NCBI GenBank assembly: GCA_949283525.1
Contig: CASDSK010000038.1
Span: 1-64,000 of the forward strand
DNA from: an uncultured Eubacteriales bacterium
GTDB taxonomy: Bacteria; Bacillota; Clostridia; Christensenellales; UBA1242
Reading direction: 5' to 3'
DNA: 64,000 nucleotides
Position numbers and translations under genes: made by a program. Within the stretch, counting starts at the first letter, position 1. Each line of letters opens with the position of its first letter. Positions 1 to 10,159 of this stretch are shown piece by piece. The notes below the pieces were generated by a model. The model saw nothing but the letters and a program-made list of their open reading frames with translations. It was not told where the DNA came from and ran no database searches.

Positions 1-384
1 GGGAAAATTAAAAAAGACATTGGAATAATGTTAAGAAAATTGTGTCAATACAAAGGGGTGGAGATAATAGAAGCAGAGGCATGTCCTGACCATGTGCATA
101 TGCTTTTACAAATACCACCGAAGTATAGTGTTGCACAAATAATGGGATATTTAAAAGGAAAAAGTAGTTTAATGATTTTCGAAAAATATGCGAATTTAAA
201 ATATAAATATGGAAGCAGGCATTTCTGGTGTAGAGGATATTACATAGATACAGTTGGGAAGAATAAGAAAGCAATACAGGAATATATAAGGAAACAATTA
301 AGCGAAGATATAAACTACGAGCAATTAACAATGCGAGAAATAATAGACCCGTTTACGGGTGAGCCAGTAAAAGGGAACAAATAA
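1..384 (+). CDS. tnpA: IS200-family Y1 (HuH) transposase TnpA, N-terminally truncated by the window edge.
   Basis: HVHML (HuH) motif and the conserved IPPKYSVAQIMGYLKGKSS and HFWCRGYY blocks. The reading frame is open upstream of the first ATG at 28. Confidence 0.8.
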   Translation, partial: GKIKKDIGIMLRKLCQYKGVEIIEAEACPDHVHMLLQIPPKYSVAQIMGYLKGKSSLMIFEKYANLKYKYGSRHFWCRGYYIDTVGKNKKAIQEYIRKQLSEDINYEQLTMREIIDPFTGEPVKGNK

Positions 385-511
385 AAAAAAGCCCCTTAAG
401 GGGCAGTTAGTGAAAGTCGAGCAAGAGGCGGAACTTCACCAAACGTTCACGATTATGCTGCAACATGCCCTAAGGGGGCAAGTGCAAACTACCGGCTTAG
501 CCGGTAGTTTT
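1..511 (+). mobile_element. Partial IS200/IS605-family insertion sequence: the tnpA 3' portion plus the right-end subterminal hairpins. The 5' end lies outside the window.
   Basis: TnpA ORF open to the window edge. GC-rich perfect hairpins at 391-404 (gcccctt/aaggggc) and 489-507 (ctaccggc-tta-gccggtag, followed by TTTT) sit in otherwise >80% AT DNA. Confidence 0.7.
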
Positions 512-713
512 GATTGCAAAATTATTCTAAATTAAATTTAATATTATTATTTAGCTATAATTTTATTATTTTCTATGTTTAATATTTTATTTATTAAATT
601 TTTCATACGAAGATAGATAACAAAAAGAACACATTAAATAATTTTTCTAATGCGTTCTTTTTTTATAATTAATTAAATTTTAATATACTATTTCACTAGA
701 TTTACAATTTTTA

Positions 714-1592
714 TTACTTTTTATCTTTTTTAGAAGTAAATTTTTGTATAAGGTACTTTTCTATTTTGTCTTGATATTTCCAAGTAAGAATAAAAGCTAC
801 AACCAACAGCACAATTAAAATTGGCCAGACATATAGACCCCAACCACTATATGGTATTAGTTGCCCACTTCCTACATAGGCAGTTACAAATATTCCTATA
901 GGTCTAGTAATTAAACTAGCAAAAAAGAAAAATCTAAATGACATTGATGTAATACCTGCCACCAAACACAATAAATCATCTGGAAATACGGGAAATAAAA
1001 ACATTAAAACTAGTAAAAATTTTCCCTTATCGTTTAGTAAATCGCAATATTTTTTTGTTTGTTCCTCACCTGCTATCCATACTACTACTTTTCTACCAAA
1101 AATTCTCCCTAGAAAAAATGCAAAAAAACTACCTAATAAAACTCCGGCTACACTAATTAATGAGCCAACTAATGGTCCGTAAATTGCTACACCAACTAAA
1201 GTAGTTGCCATTGCTGGTATAGGCGCAAAAATTACTTGAAAGAACTGTATTAAAAAAAATATTACAATTCCCCATCCCCCAGAACTTAATATTATATTTT
1301 TTATTGTTTCAGTATCTTCAAAATATTTGAGCCAGTCGTTTATATAGCAAATGTAGTATACTAAAACAACAATAATACCTAAAACGAATAATGTAATTGA
1401 AAGCTTATATATTTTAAATTTTTCTTTAAAAAATGACGTTGATAATAAATTGGCTAAAATTATGAAATATAAAGCGCATATCCATGCTACCCACCATTTT
1501 AGCCCCCAGTTTAAAGTTAAAGAAACGACTGCTATCACAAATGATGTAAGCGTCATTAATACACATATATATTTTTTTATTTCATTATTCAT
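714..1592 (-). CDS. DedA/TVP38-TMEM64 family integral membrane protein.
   Basis: Multi-TM protein with a VIFAPIPA...GRIFGRK core typical of the DedA/SNARE-associated family. Confidence 0.55.
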   Translation of the reverse strand: MNNEIKKYICVLMTLTSFVIAVVSLTLNWGLKWWVAWICALYFIILANLLSTSFFKEKFKIYKLSITLFVLGIIVVLVYYICYINDWLKYFEDTETIKNIILSSGGWGIVIFFLIQFFQVIFAPIPAMATTLVGVAIYGPLVGSLISVAGVLLGSFFAFFLGRIFGRKVVVWIAGEEQTKKYCDLLNDKGKFLLVLMFLFPVFPDDLLCLVAGITSMSFRFFFFASLITRPIGIFVTAYVGSGQLIPYSGWGLYVWPILIVLLVVAFILTWKYQDKIEKYLIQKFTSKKDKK

Positions 1593-1714
1593 AAAACACC
1601 TTATTGTATATTATACAACATTTTTTTATTTTTTAAAACAAATTTATATTATTTGTTATTATTGTTTACTATTTTATTTTAATATGTTATAATATTTTAA
1701 ATAAGAGGTGCATT

Positions 1715-2629
1715 TTGGCAAATAAAATTTTGACTATAAAAAATGTAACAAAACAATATAAGAATAGATTAGCTGTAGATAATATTTCTTTTGATATATA
1801 TGAGGGAGAAATTTTTGGATTATTAGGTCCCAATGGTGCAGGCAAAACAACATTAATTAAAATGATAACTGGGCTTAGTAAAATGACTAGCGGTGAAATA
1901 ACTATTTGTGGTGTTTCAATAACTAAAGATTATGAAAAGGCAATTAGAAATGTCGGTGCTATAATTGAAACACCGACAATGTATTCATTTATGTCTGGAT
2001 ATCAAAACTTGAAATATTACGCTAACCTTTATAAAGATATTACTAAAAAAAGAATTGATGAAATTGTAAAACTAGTTGGATTAGAGAGTCGAATAAAAGA
2101 TAAAGTTAAAACTTATTCTTTAGGTATGAAACAAAGATTAGGTATTGCACAAGCCCTTTTGCATAAACCTAAAATATTAATTCTTGACGAACCAACAAAT
2201 GGTCTTGACCCTAATGGAATAATTGAAATAAGAAATTTTTTAAAAACTATAGCAAAGAAAGAGAAAATATCAATACTCGTTTCAAGTCATATTTTGAGTG
2301 AAATGGAAGCAATGTGTAATACCATTGCTATAATAAATTTTGGAAAGCTTAAAGAAATAAAATCTTTGGCAAATTTAAAAAATAAAATTAATGAAAAATC
2401 CAGAATTGCTTTTAAAGTAAGCTATCCAAATTTTGTTGGTAAATTAATTATTTCTAAATTTAATTATCATGTTGAAATTGCTGGTCAAAATGTGATTTGT
2501 GAAATACAAGAAAAAGATATTCCAAATATAACTGCTTTTTTAATTTCAAAAAAAATACCTATTTTTGGTATAACCTCCATCACTAAATCACTTGAAGAAA
2601 TATTCTTAGAAATTGTAAATAAAAAATAA
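1715..2629 (+). CDS. ABC transporter ATP-binding protein (ABC-2 exporter type).
   Basis: Walker A GPNGAGKTT, signature LSLGMKQRL, Walker B ILILDEP. Confidence 0.85.
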   Translation: MANKILTIKNVTKQYKNRLAVDNISFDIYEGEIFGLLGPNGAGKTTLIKMITGLSKMTSGEITICGVSITKDYEKAIRNVGAIIETPTMYSFMSGYQNLKYYANLYKDITKKRIDEIVKLVGLESRIKDKVKTYSLGMKQRLGIAQALLHKPKILILDEPTNGLDPNGIIEIRNFLKTIAKKEKISILVSSHILSEMEAMCNTIAIINFGKLKEIKSLANLKNKINEKSRIAFKVSYPNFVGKLIISKFNYHVEIAGQNVICEIQEKDIPNITAFLISKKIPIFGITSITKSLEEIFLEIVNKK

Positions 2630-2641
2630 AAAGGTGTTTTT

Positions 2642-4396
2642 ATGAATTGTTTTTTGAAAATTACACGTGGAGAACTAGATAAGATTTTTATTCGCCCTGC
2701 TATTTTTATTATGACAGGCTTTTTTGTGTTAGCTATAGTAATGTCAATTTTAATGTTTAATCCAAAAGAACGTGAAGATTTGTATGACTTAACTAATATT
2801 TCAGGTAATACTGTCGTGGAAGTTTATAATAACTTTAATAGTAATCAACATAAACTTATTTATGATAATGATTTAACACAAATAAAAAACAATTTAAATT
2901 ATTATAAAGGAACAGATGATAACAACTTATATAAAAAAGATTTAGACCAGTTACTAACCAACATAATAAATTCATTTAATAATTATGAGTTAAATGTAAA
3001 TTCTTATGAAGGTGGTAATATTGATAACATAATTGAATGTAAAAATGATTTAAAAGAATCTATTAGTATTGCGATAAATTCTTATAATACTTTAAATCAA
3101 AAATTTGTTATGTTCTATATTACAAAAAGCAATAATGAAAATTTACAAAATAAACTTAATCAATTAAATAATGAAGTTGCTACAAGTGGAGATATAAATG
3201 ATATTGAGCATCATAAAAGAATTATCAATGCAATCAAAAGTCAAAATTATTTTAATGATTTAAATGCAATGTTTGATAAAATTATTCCTGTTGAGGTTTC
3301 ATTAGAAACAGTCAATAATTTAGAAAATAATTTTATAAATGAGTGTGATATTAGATTAGATAATATTAGTAATGAAATGCTTAAATTTTATACGAGTGCA
3401 AGCGTAGATGAAGCATTTAATAATAATGATAAATTTATCAAAGAAATGAAAACTTATGCTGATAATTATAAATTAACAATTATACAGTTAAAAAATATAG
3501 TTTATGATACTACCCTGCTTGAAATAGTTGGAAATAAATCACATAATGAGTTACAAAAATATACAAGTATAGAGTTAAATAACTCAAATAAATATCAATT
3601 AAAAGAAGATTTATCAAAAAATGAATATTTATTTGAAAATAGCTTATTTAATTATCAATTTTCAAATGTTTTTCAGTCTAATATAAATTCTAATGAAAAA
3701 ACAAATGCATATGATTTTATGTATTATGCTTTAGAATTTTTAAGCTTTGTTATTATTATATTTTGCGTAATAATTGGAGCTGGTATGATTTCTAGTGAAA
3801 CTAGTAGTGGAACTATGAAACTATTAGCCATTAGACCGTATAAACGACATAAAATTATTACAGGCAAACTTACTGCAACGTTTTTGATAGGTATAATTTT
3901 CCTAATAATTGGTACAATAACAACATTTATAATAGGTGCTAGACTATATGGAGTAGATAGCAAACCAATACTTTATACATTTAACGCAGAATTTACTTCC
4001 GTAATGTCGGCATTTGAATTGTTTTTAATATTTTTGTTACTATTGCTCGTTAGAATAGTTGTTTATACATCGTTAGCAGTATTTATTTCAACAGTTTTCA
4101 AAAGTAATATTGCTGCTGTTGTAATTTCTGTTGTCATTTATATTTTTGTTGCTTTGTTTGGCAATTTATTTGGCAATAGTTTAGTTTATGCTTATTTGCC
4201 TTTTGCTAATGTCGATTTATTTAGATTTTTAGGTGGAGATTTCATAGCTTCTAACGGGAATGTGTTAGGTTTAGATTTTTCTTGCCCTATTCAATCTGAC
4301 ACAAATTTCTATATTAGTTTAACTATAACTGGAATTTTTATAGCAATTCTTTTATCTTTGACATATATAATATTTAATAAGAGAGATATTGAATAA
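2642..4396 (+). CDS. ABC-2 family permease with an extracytoplasmic domain of about 340 aa that is N/K/D-rich and predicted coiled-coil.
   Basis: One N-terminal TM, a long low-complexity domain, then a C-terminal cluster of 5-6 TM helices. Lies directly downstream of the ATPase. Confidence 0.6.
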   Translation: MNCFLKITRGELDKIFIRPAIFIMTGFFVLAIVMSILMFNPKEREDLYDLTNISGNTVVEVYNNFNSNQHKLIYDNDLTQIKNNLNYYKGTDDNNLYKKDLDQLLTNIINSFNNYELNVNSYEGGNIDNIIECKNDLKESISIAINSYNTLNQKFVMFYITKSNNENLQNKLNQLNNEVATSGDINDIEHHKRIINAIKSQNYFNDLNAMFDKIIPVEVSLETVNNLENNFINECDIRLDNISNEMLKFYTSASVDEAFNNNDKFIKEMKTYADNYKLTIIQLKNIVYDTTLLEIVGNKSHNELQKYTSIELNNSNKYQLKEDLSKNEYLFENSLFNYQFSNVFQSNINSNEKTNAYDFMYYALEFLSFVIIIFCVIIGAGMISSETSSGTMKLLAIRPYKRHKIITGKLTATFLIGIIFLIIGTITTFIIGARLYGVDSKPILYTFNAEFTSVMSAFELFLIFLLLLLVRIVVYTSLAVFISTVFKSNIAAVVISVVIYIFVALFGNLFGNSLVYAYLPFANVDLFRFLGGDFIASNGNVLGLDFSCPIQSDTNFYISLTITGIFIAILLSLTYIIFNKRDIE

Positions 4397-5235
4397 TGAC
4401 AAAAATTGCTATAGCAGATTCTCACAATGATTTTCTAACAAGTAACTTGTGTAATCTTGATAAATTAAATGAAGAATTTAAAAAAAATAACATTATTTTA
4501 TGTAATGCTATTTTTTTTACAGAAAATAACCAAAAAATAAATTTTAATAATTATAATAAATTATTATTAAATTATAATAAGTATAAAAATATTAACAAAG
4601 CATGCATATTTTCATTTGAAAATATGGATTTTATAGATAAGACTAATATTGAAAATTTTATAAATCTTTCGCCCTTTTCTTGTTCATTAACTTGGAATTA
4701 TGACAATCGTTTTGGAGGAGGAGCATTAGGATTAGGTGGTTTATCATCTAAGGGAATTGATATAATTAAATTTTTTAATGATAATAAAATAATTTTAGAT
4801 ACTGCGCATCTAAATAAAAAAAGCTTTTGGAAGGCAATAAAATTGACAAAATACCCAATTTTAAATTCTCATACATCTTTAAATCTTAATGAACATAAGC
4901 GAAATATAGACATAGAACAAACCAAAGCAATCATAGATTCAAATGGTTTTATTGGAATTACATTTGTTAGAGATTTTTATACAAGTTCAAAAAACTTTAC
5001 TTCTCAAAAAATATTTGAAAATATTGATGTAATTGCACAAAAATTTGGAATAGAAAATATAGGTATTGGCAGTGATTTTTATGGAACTACGCAATTACCA
5101 AATGATATTAAAAATTATGATGACTTTATTAATTTAGAAAATACTTTTATTCAAAATGGCTATCACATTAATGATATTGAAAAAATATTTTCAAAAAACT
5201 TTTTAAAATTTGTAAAAACGGCAATAAATATTTGA
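4396..5235 (+). CDS. Membrane-dipeptidase (peptidase M19)-like metallohydrolase, divergent.
   Basis: M19 metal-ligand blocks: DSHNDFL (cf. DGHNDLP), LDTAHL, LNSHTS, IGIGSDFYG. The start overlaps the permease stop by 1 nt. Confidence 0.5.
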   Translation: MTKIAIADSHNDFLTSNLCNLDKLNEEFKKNNIILCNAIFFTENNQKINFNNYNKLLLNYNKYKNINKACIFSFENMDFIDKTNIENFINLSPFSCSLTWNYDNRFGGGALGLGGLSSKGIDIIKFFNDNKIILDTAHLNKKSFWKAIKLTKYPILNSHTSLNLNEHKRNIDIEQTKAIIDSNGFIGITFVRDFYTSSKNFTSQKIFENIDVIAQKFGIENIGIGSDFYGTTQLPNDIKNYDDFINLENTFIQNGYHINDIEKIFSKNFLKFVKTAINI

Positions 5236-5266
5236 AAAAAAAATATTTTTTTGATAAAATAAACAT

Positions 5267-5710
5267 ATGAAAAAAATTACAATATACACTGATGGTGCTT
5301 GTTCATACAATCCAGGCCCTGGGGGATGGGGTGCCATTTTAATCTATAATGATAAAAGAAAAGAAATATCAGGTTATACTGAGAATACGACAAACAATAG
5401 AATGGAATTACAAGCAGTAATTTCAGCATTAGAAATGTTAAAAGAAAAGTGTTTTGTGGATATTTATACTGATTCTGCTTACGTTTATAATGCTTTTAAA
5501 GATGATTGGATATCAAATTGGATAAATAATAATTGGAAAACAAGTGCTAATAAACCTGTTTTAAATGTAGATTTATGGCAAAGACTTTTAACATATTGTA
5601 GCGAACATAATATAAATTGGCACAAAGTCAAAGGACATTCAACTAATGAATATAATAATAGATGTGACGAGTTGGCTAGAAATGAAATAATAAAACATAC
5701 AAAAGTATAA
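5267..5710 (+). CDS. rnhA: Ribonuclease HI.
   Basis: YTDGAC...GPGGWGAIL N-terminus and conserved RNase H fold residues. Trp codons are TGG. Confidence 0.85.
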   Translation: MKKITIYTDGACSYNPGPGGWGAILIYNDKRKEISGYTENTTNNRMELQAVISALEMLKEKCFVDIYTDSAYVYNAFKDDWISNWINNNWKTSANKPVLNVDLWQRLLTYCSEHNINWHKVKGHSTNEYNNRCDELARNEIIKHTKV

Positions 5711-5748
5711 AAAAACTTGGTTATTAAATTTTATAACCAAGTTTTTTT
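5709..5748. terminator. Bidirectional rho-independent terminator between rnhA and rny.
   Basis: A-run, then the cttggttat/ataaccaag stem, then T7. The hairpin overlaps the rny stop codon. Confidence 0.6.
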
Positions 5749-7339
5749 ATTTAGCGTATTCAATTTTTCGAGATTCACGAATAACATTAACTTTAATTTG
5801 CCCAGGATATTCTACTTCTTGTTCAATTTTTTTAGCGATTTCTTTGGCTAAAAACATAGCATCATCATCTGATATTTCTTCAGGCTTAACCATTATCCTT
5901 ATTTCACGCCCTGCTTGTATAGCATATGCTTTTTCAATGCCATCAAACGAATTTGATATTTGTTCTAATTTTTCAATTCTTTTAACATAATTTTCTAGGC
6001 TTTCTCTTCTAGCCCCTGGTCTAGCACTTGAAATAGCATCAGCGACTTGGACTAAAATAGCTTCTATAGAATTATAAGGTACATCTCCATGATGTGCTTC
6101 GATACAATGTATAACTGCTTCATTTTCTTTGTATTTTCTAGCAAGTTGTACACCTAATTCCACATGGGAACCTTCAACATCTTGGTCTACAGCTTTACCT
6201 ATATCATGTAATAGTCCCCCTCTTTTCGCTGTTTCTACATCTACACCTAATTCGGAAGCCATCATACTAGCTAAATGTGCAACTTCCATTGAGTGAACCA
6301 AAACATTTTGCCCATAACTTGTTCTATATTTTAATCTGCCAAGCAACATTGATAATGCTGGATGCAAACCATGTACATCTACTTGATAAGAAGCATCTTC
6401 CCCAACTTGCTTCATTTCATTTTCTAAATCTTTTTTTACTCGTTCAGCCATTTCTTCAATTTTGGCTGGATGTATGCGCCCATCAAACATTAACTTTTCT
6501 ATTGTTCTTTTAGCAATCTCCCTTCTTAAAGGGTCAAAACTAGATAACACAATTGTTTCTGGCGTATCATCAATAATTAAATCGATACCAATTGCACTTT
6601 CTAAAGCACGAATATTTCTACCTTCTCTACCTATTAATCTTCCTTTCATCTCTTCATTCGGTATAGTAATGGTAGAAACTGTAATATCTGCAGTATGATC
6701 AGTGGCACATCTTTGAATCGCTTGAGTAATTATATTGATAGCGTATTTATTAGCATTTTCTTTAGCATCTTCTTCCATATTTCTAATTTCTGTAGCAATA
6801 CTTTTTTTCGCTTCATCTCTCATACTTTCAATTAAAGTATTTTTTGCGTCGTCTTGCGTCATTTTAGAAATTTTTTCTAATTCTTTAATAATGTCTTCTT
6901 TTTTTGCTTCAATTTCTTCTTGAAATGATAATAACTGATTTTCTTTTTGTTCCAACTGTTGCTTAGCTGTTTCTAATTGCTCAGATTTCAATTCAAGCGC
7001 TTGTTCTTTTTTATTTTGATATTCTTCTCTTTGAATAATTCTATCTTCTATTCTTTGAATCTCTTGCCTACGCTCTTTAATCTCTAAATCATTATTTTCT
7101 TTTAATTTAAAGATTTCGTCTTTTGCTTCTAATATTAGTTCTTTTTTTTGAGCCTTAGCATCATTTATAGCGTCTTCAATAATCTTTTTTGCTGATTTTG
7201 TAGCGTTCTCAGTTCTTTTTAATATTATTAATTTATATAAAAAATACCCTACTGTAACCCCAATAGCCACACAACCAATTATAATTAAAATTAATGGGAA
7301 AACACCGATTATGATGCTATAAAGCATATTTATAGTCAT
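5747..7339 (-). CDS. rny: Ribonuclease Y.
   Basis: N-terminal TM, coiled-coil, KH domain and HD domain (LLHDIGKA). Sits next to recA as in Bacillus (ymdA). Confidence 0.9.
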   Translation of the reverse strand: MTINMLYSIIIGVFPLILIIIGCVAIGVTVGYFLYKLIILKRTENATKSAKKIIEDAINDAKAQKKELILEAKDEIFKLKENNDLEIKERRQEIQRIEDRIIQREEYQNKKEQALELKSEQLETAKQQLEQKENQLLSFQEEIEAKKEDIIKELEKISKMTQDDAKNTLIESMRDEAKKSIATEIRNMEEDAKENANKYAINIITQAIQRCATDHTADITVSTITIPNEEMKGRLIGREGRNIRALESAIGIDLIIDDTPETIVLSSFDPLRREIAKRTIEKLMFDGRIHPAKIEEMAERVKKDLENEMKQVGEDASYQVDVHGLHPALSMLLGRLKYRTSYGQNVLVHSMEVAHLASMMASELGVDVETAKRGGLLHDIGKAVDQDVEGSHVELGVQLARKYKENEAVIHCIEAHHGDVPYNSIEAILVQVADAISSARPGARRESLENYVKRIEKLEQISNSFDGIEKAYAIQAGREIRIMVKPEEISDDDAMFLAKEIAKKIEQEVEYPGQIKVNVIRESRKIEYAK

Positions 7340-7432
7340 AACGATTATTTCTCCTTTAAAATTTGTACATTTCTGTACATTTAAATTTTATATTTTTTTA
7401 TAATTTTTGTCAAGTAAAAGTATGTTAATATT

Positions 7433-7473
7433 AAAAAAAGAAGTTTTATATAACAAAATAGTTATACAAAACT
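7433..7473 (-). terminator. recA rho-independent terminator.
   Basis: On the minus strand an imperfect agttttgtata/tatataaaact hairpin is followed by a U7 run. Confidence 0.45.
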
Positions 7474-7478
7474 CTTTA

Positions 7479-8483
7479 TTAATTTTCTACAATATTGAAC
7501 ATTGCTTTTAATTTTTCATCAATTTCATTGTAAATATCCTTGTTTTCTGCCAGAAATTGTTTAACAGCTTCTTTCCCTTGTCCAATCTTTGTATCATTGT
7601 AAGAAAACCAAGACCCACTTTTTTGAATTATATTCTTCTCAACAGCCATATCTAGTAAACTGCCTTCTTTAGAAATTCCTGTTCCATACATAATATCAAA
7701 TTCTGCAACTTTAAAAGGTGGTGATAATTTGTTTTTAACTATTTTAGCCTTAGTTTTATTTCCTACAATGTTATCGCCTATTTTTATTACATCAGCTTTT
7801 CTTATATCAATTCTTATAGAAGCATAGAATTTAAGCGCCTTACCACCTGTTGTAACTTCAGGTGACCCGAATAAAACTCCTACTTTTTCTCTAAGTTGAT
7901 TAATGAAAATAACGCAAGTATTTGATTTATTAATAATTCCTGTTAGTTTTCTTAACGCTTGAGACATTAATCTAGCCTGTAAACCAATGAAACTTTCACC
8001 CATTTCGCCTTCAATTTCTGCTTTTGGTGTTAATGCAGCAACTGAATCAATTACTACAATGCTAAATGCACCACTTCTTACTAATGTTTCAGTTATGTCT
8101 AGCGCTTGTTCACCGGTATCAGGTTGAGACAAATATAAATTCTCTATATCTACACCAATTTTTGAAGCGTAAACTGGGTCCAATGCGTGTTCGGCATCAA
8201 TGAATGCTGCTACACCTCCCATTTTTTGTGCTTCAGCAATTATATGTAACGCAACAGTAGTTTTACCAGAAGATTCTGGCCCATAAATTTCAACAATTCT
8301 TCCTTTGGGAACTCCTCCAATTCCTAGAGCATTATCCAAAGTAAAACATCCTGTAGGAATTACATCTACTTTTTGATAATATTTATCACCTAATTTCATT
8401 ATAGAACCTTTACCATATTGTTTCTCAAGGTCAGCCAATACTTGTTCAAGTATTTTATCTTTTTCTTCCATAGTACTCTCCAT
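7479..8483 (-). CDS. recA: Recombinase RecA.
   Basis: Walker [10 protein letters not shown] and full-length RecA conservation. Confidence 0.95.
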   Translation of the reverse strand: MESTMEEKDKILEQVLADLEKQYGKGSIMKLGDKYYQKVDVIPTGCFTLDNALGIGGVPKGRIVEIYGPESSGKTTVALHIIAEAQKMGGVAAFIDAEHALDPVYASKIGVDIENLYLSQPDTGEQALDITETLVRSGAFSIVVIDSVAALTPKAEIEGEMGESFIGLQARLMSQALRKLTGIINKSNTCVIFINQLREKVGVLFGSPEVTTGGKALKFYASIRIDIRKADVIKIGDNIVGNKTKAKIVKNKLSPPFKVAEFDIMYGTGISKEGSLLDMAVEKNIIQKSGSWFSYNDTKIGQGKEAVKQFLAENKDIYNEIDEKLKAMFNIVEN

Positions 8484-8510
8484 TTTTAGAACATTTTTTT
8501 TATATTTATA

Positions 8511-9578
8511 TTATACAGCATAATTTGTAATATTCAAAGCATTTTGACGTAATTTTTTTATTAATTCAAAAATAACTGTATTACTAGCATATTTTATAAT
8601 AAAATCTTTGTCCCCACTTACTTTATGTTTATAAACATTTACGGCATTTTTGTCGCCAATTGCACTAAAAAATATGTTATCTTGAAGTTGATTGTCATTT
8701 TTTATAATTCCAGTTATAGCGATTACAATTTCTGCATCTGTTTTATTTAATTGAGTGGTTACCATTTCATAAATTGTTTCTGCACTAACAAAATTATATT
8801 GATTAATAATTTTTTCATCAACACCTAAAATTTTTATAATAGTATTTTTTGAATTTAAAATTGTTGAATCTTCAATTATATTTTGGTTATCAATTTTATT
8901 TAATAAATTGGTTATATATCCCCCCGTAAAAGTTTCTAAAACGCTGATTTTTAATTTTCTTAGTGTTAAAATCTCCTCAATTGCGTCTGATAGATTAATA
9001 TCTTTATGAGCATAGAAAGCTTGCTTTAAATCTTTAACAAAAGTAGAAACAATTGTGTCTTTTATATTGGTATTAATTGAATTTAAAAATCTAAATACAA
9101 CTAATGTATCACCGTACTTTGAATTAATAAAATAATCAAAAACGTTATTTGAATTTTTGTATTCTTCTAAGTATTTTTTTAAATTTTCTTTTCCAATTCC
9201 AAAACATTTAATACAATAGTTATCATAATCAATTTTAAGGTGTGTTTTTAACATATTTTTAAATTCGTCAAAAGATTCAAAAATGCTTTGATTAACAACA
9301 ACAATATTTGCTTCAGGAGAAACAAAAATTCCATTAGAGCAGTCTTTCATATGATTTATAGGTGCTAATAAAGAACTTGCCTTTTTATTGTCATCTTCTA
9401 CAAAAATAGTTAAACCACTAGAAAACGATTTGTAATCTACACCTAATAAATCGTCTACTATTGCAAATTGTGTAATATCCAAACCGAGTTTAAAAAATTG
9501 TTTTATTATTATGTCATAATTTTCGACTAGCCATTCAGCTCTTTGGTTATCCATAACTACAATAACTGATACATTCAT
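8511..9578 (-). CDS. cinA: CinA-like competence/damage-inducible protein. The C-terminal CinA domain is conserved and the N-terminal domain is divergent.
   Basis: C-terminal blocks ETFTGG, GVDEKII..VSAE, AEIVIAITGI and IFFSAIG match the CinA C domain. It lies between pgsA and recA as in Firmicutes. Confidence 0.55.
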   Translation of the reverse strand: MNVSVIVVMDNQRAEWLVENYDIIIKQFFKLGLDITQFAIVDDLLGVDYKSFSSGLTIFVEDDNKKASSLLAPINHMKDCSNGIFVSPEANIVVVNQSIFESFDEFKNMLKTHLKIDYDNYCIKCFGIGKENLKKYLEEYKNSNNVFDYFINSKYGDTLVVFRFLNSINTNIKDTIVSTFVKDLKQAFYAHKDINLSDAIEEILTLRKLKISVLETFTGGYITNLLNKIDNQNIIEDSTILNSKNTIIKILGVDEKIINQYNFVSAETIYEMVTTQLNKTDAEIVIAITGIIKNDNQLQDNIFFSAIGDKNAVNVYKHKVSGDKDFIIKYASNTVIFELIKKLRQNALNITNYAV

Positions 9579-10159
9579 TAATCACCTTTAAATACATTTC
9601 TATTTTTATAAAAATAATCAATAGTCGAATAAATTACCATAAATAGAGCTAAAATTCCAACAGCATAAATTATATAAGATAACACATTTAACATAATACC
9701 ATCAAACCAATTCGCTTGCGCATTACTTCCCAAAAACATCATTCCAACAAGTGCTATATCTAATAAAACTGTTTTTATTTTACCTGATTTATCGGCTGCA
9801 ATAACAACCCCTTTTGTACTAGCAACTTGTCTTAAACTATTAACAAAATAATCTCTAGCAAATATAACTGCACAAATTAGCACATATACAAATAATGGTA
9901 AAATTAAATCTACAATTATGATTAAAATACCAGCCATAACTAATAATTTGTCTGCAATTGGATCCAAAAATTTTCCTGTATCGGTAACTTGGTTGTTTTT
10001 CCTAGCTAAATATCCATCTACAAAATCTGTTGTAGACGCTATTATAAATAAAATTGTAGCGATAAGCTTGCCATATGGAATACTTTCAATTAAATATAAA
10101 GCCATAATAATTGGCACAAGTATAATTCGAGAAATAGTAATTTTGTTAGGTAAATTCAT
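9578..10159 (-). CDS. pgsA: CDP-diacylglycerol--glycerol-3-phosphate 3-phosphatidyltransferase.
   Basis: CDP-alcohol phosphatidyltransferase motif DFVDGYLARK...G...D...D. Conserved pgsA-cinA-recA order. Confidence 0.85.
   Translation of the reverse strand: MNLPNKITISRIILVPIIMALYLIESIPYGKLIATILFIIASTTDFVDGYLARKNNQVTDTGKFLDPIADKLLVMAGILIIIVDLILPLFVYVLICAVIFARDYFVNSLRQVASTKGVVIAADKSGKIKTVLLDIALVGMMFLGSNAQANWFDGIMLNVLSYIIYAVGILALFMVIYSTIDYFYKNRNVFKGD

Noticed and set aside
1450-1692. An 80-aa ORF overlapping the start of the dedA-like gene and its promoter region.
   Set aside because: It is antisense to a supported CDS, and its downstream part is pure AT-rich intergenic sequence.
2850-3700. An apparent repetitive region (N/K/D-rich) in the ABC-2 permease, considered as a DNA-level tandem repeat.
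   Set aside because: The amino-acid composition is low-complexity, but no exact DNA direct repeats are discernible. It fits a coiled-coil extracytoplasmic domain.
3724-3963. Many 60-175-aa six-frame ORFs nested inside or antisense to large conserved genes (for example 3724..3963, 6277..6923, 12365..12862, 15666..15971, 37724..38248, 53666..53920).
   Set aside because: They lie wholly within well-supported CDSs on the opposite strand or in another frame, lack an RBS, and have low-complexity composition typical of AT-rich antisense frames.
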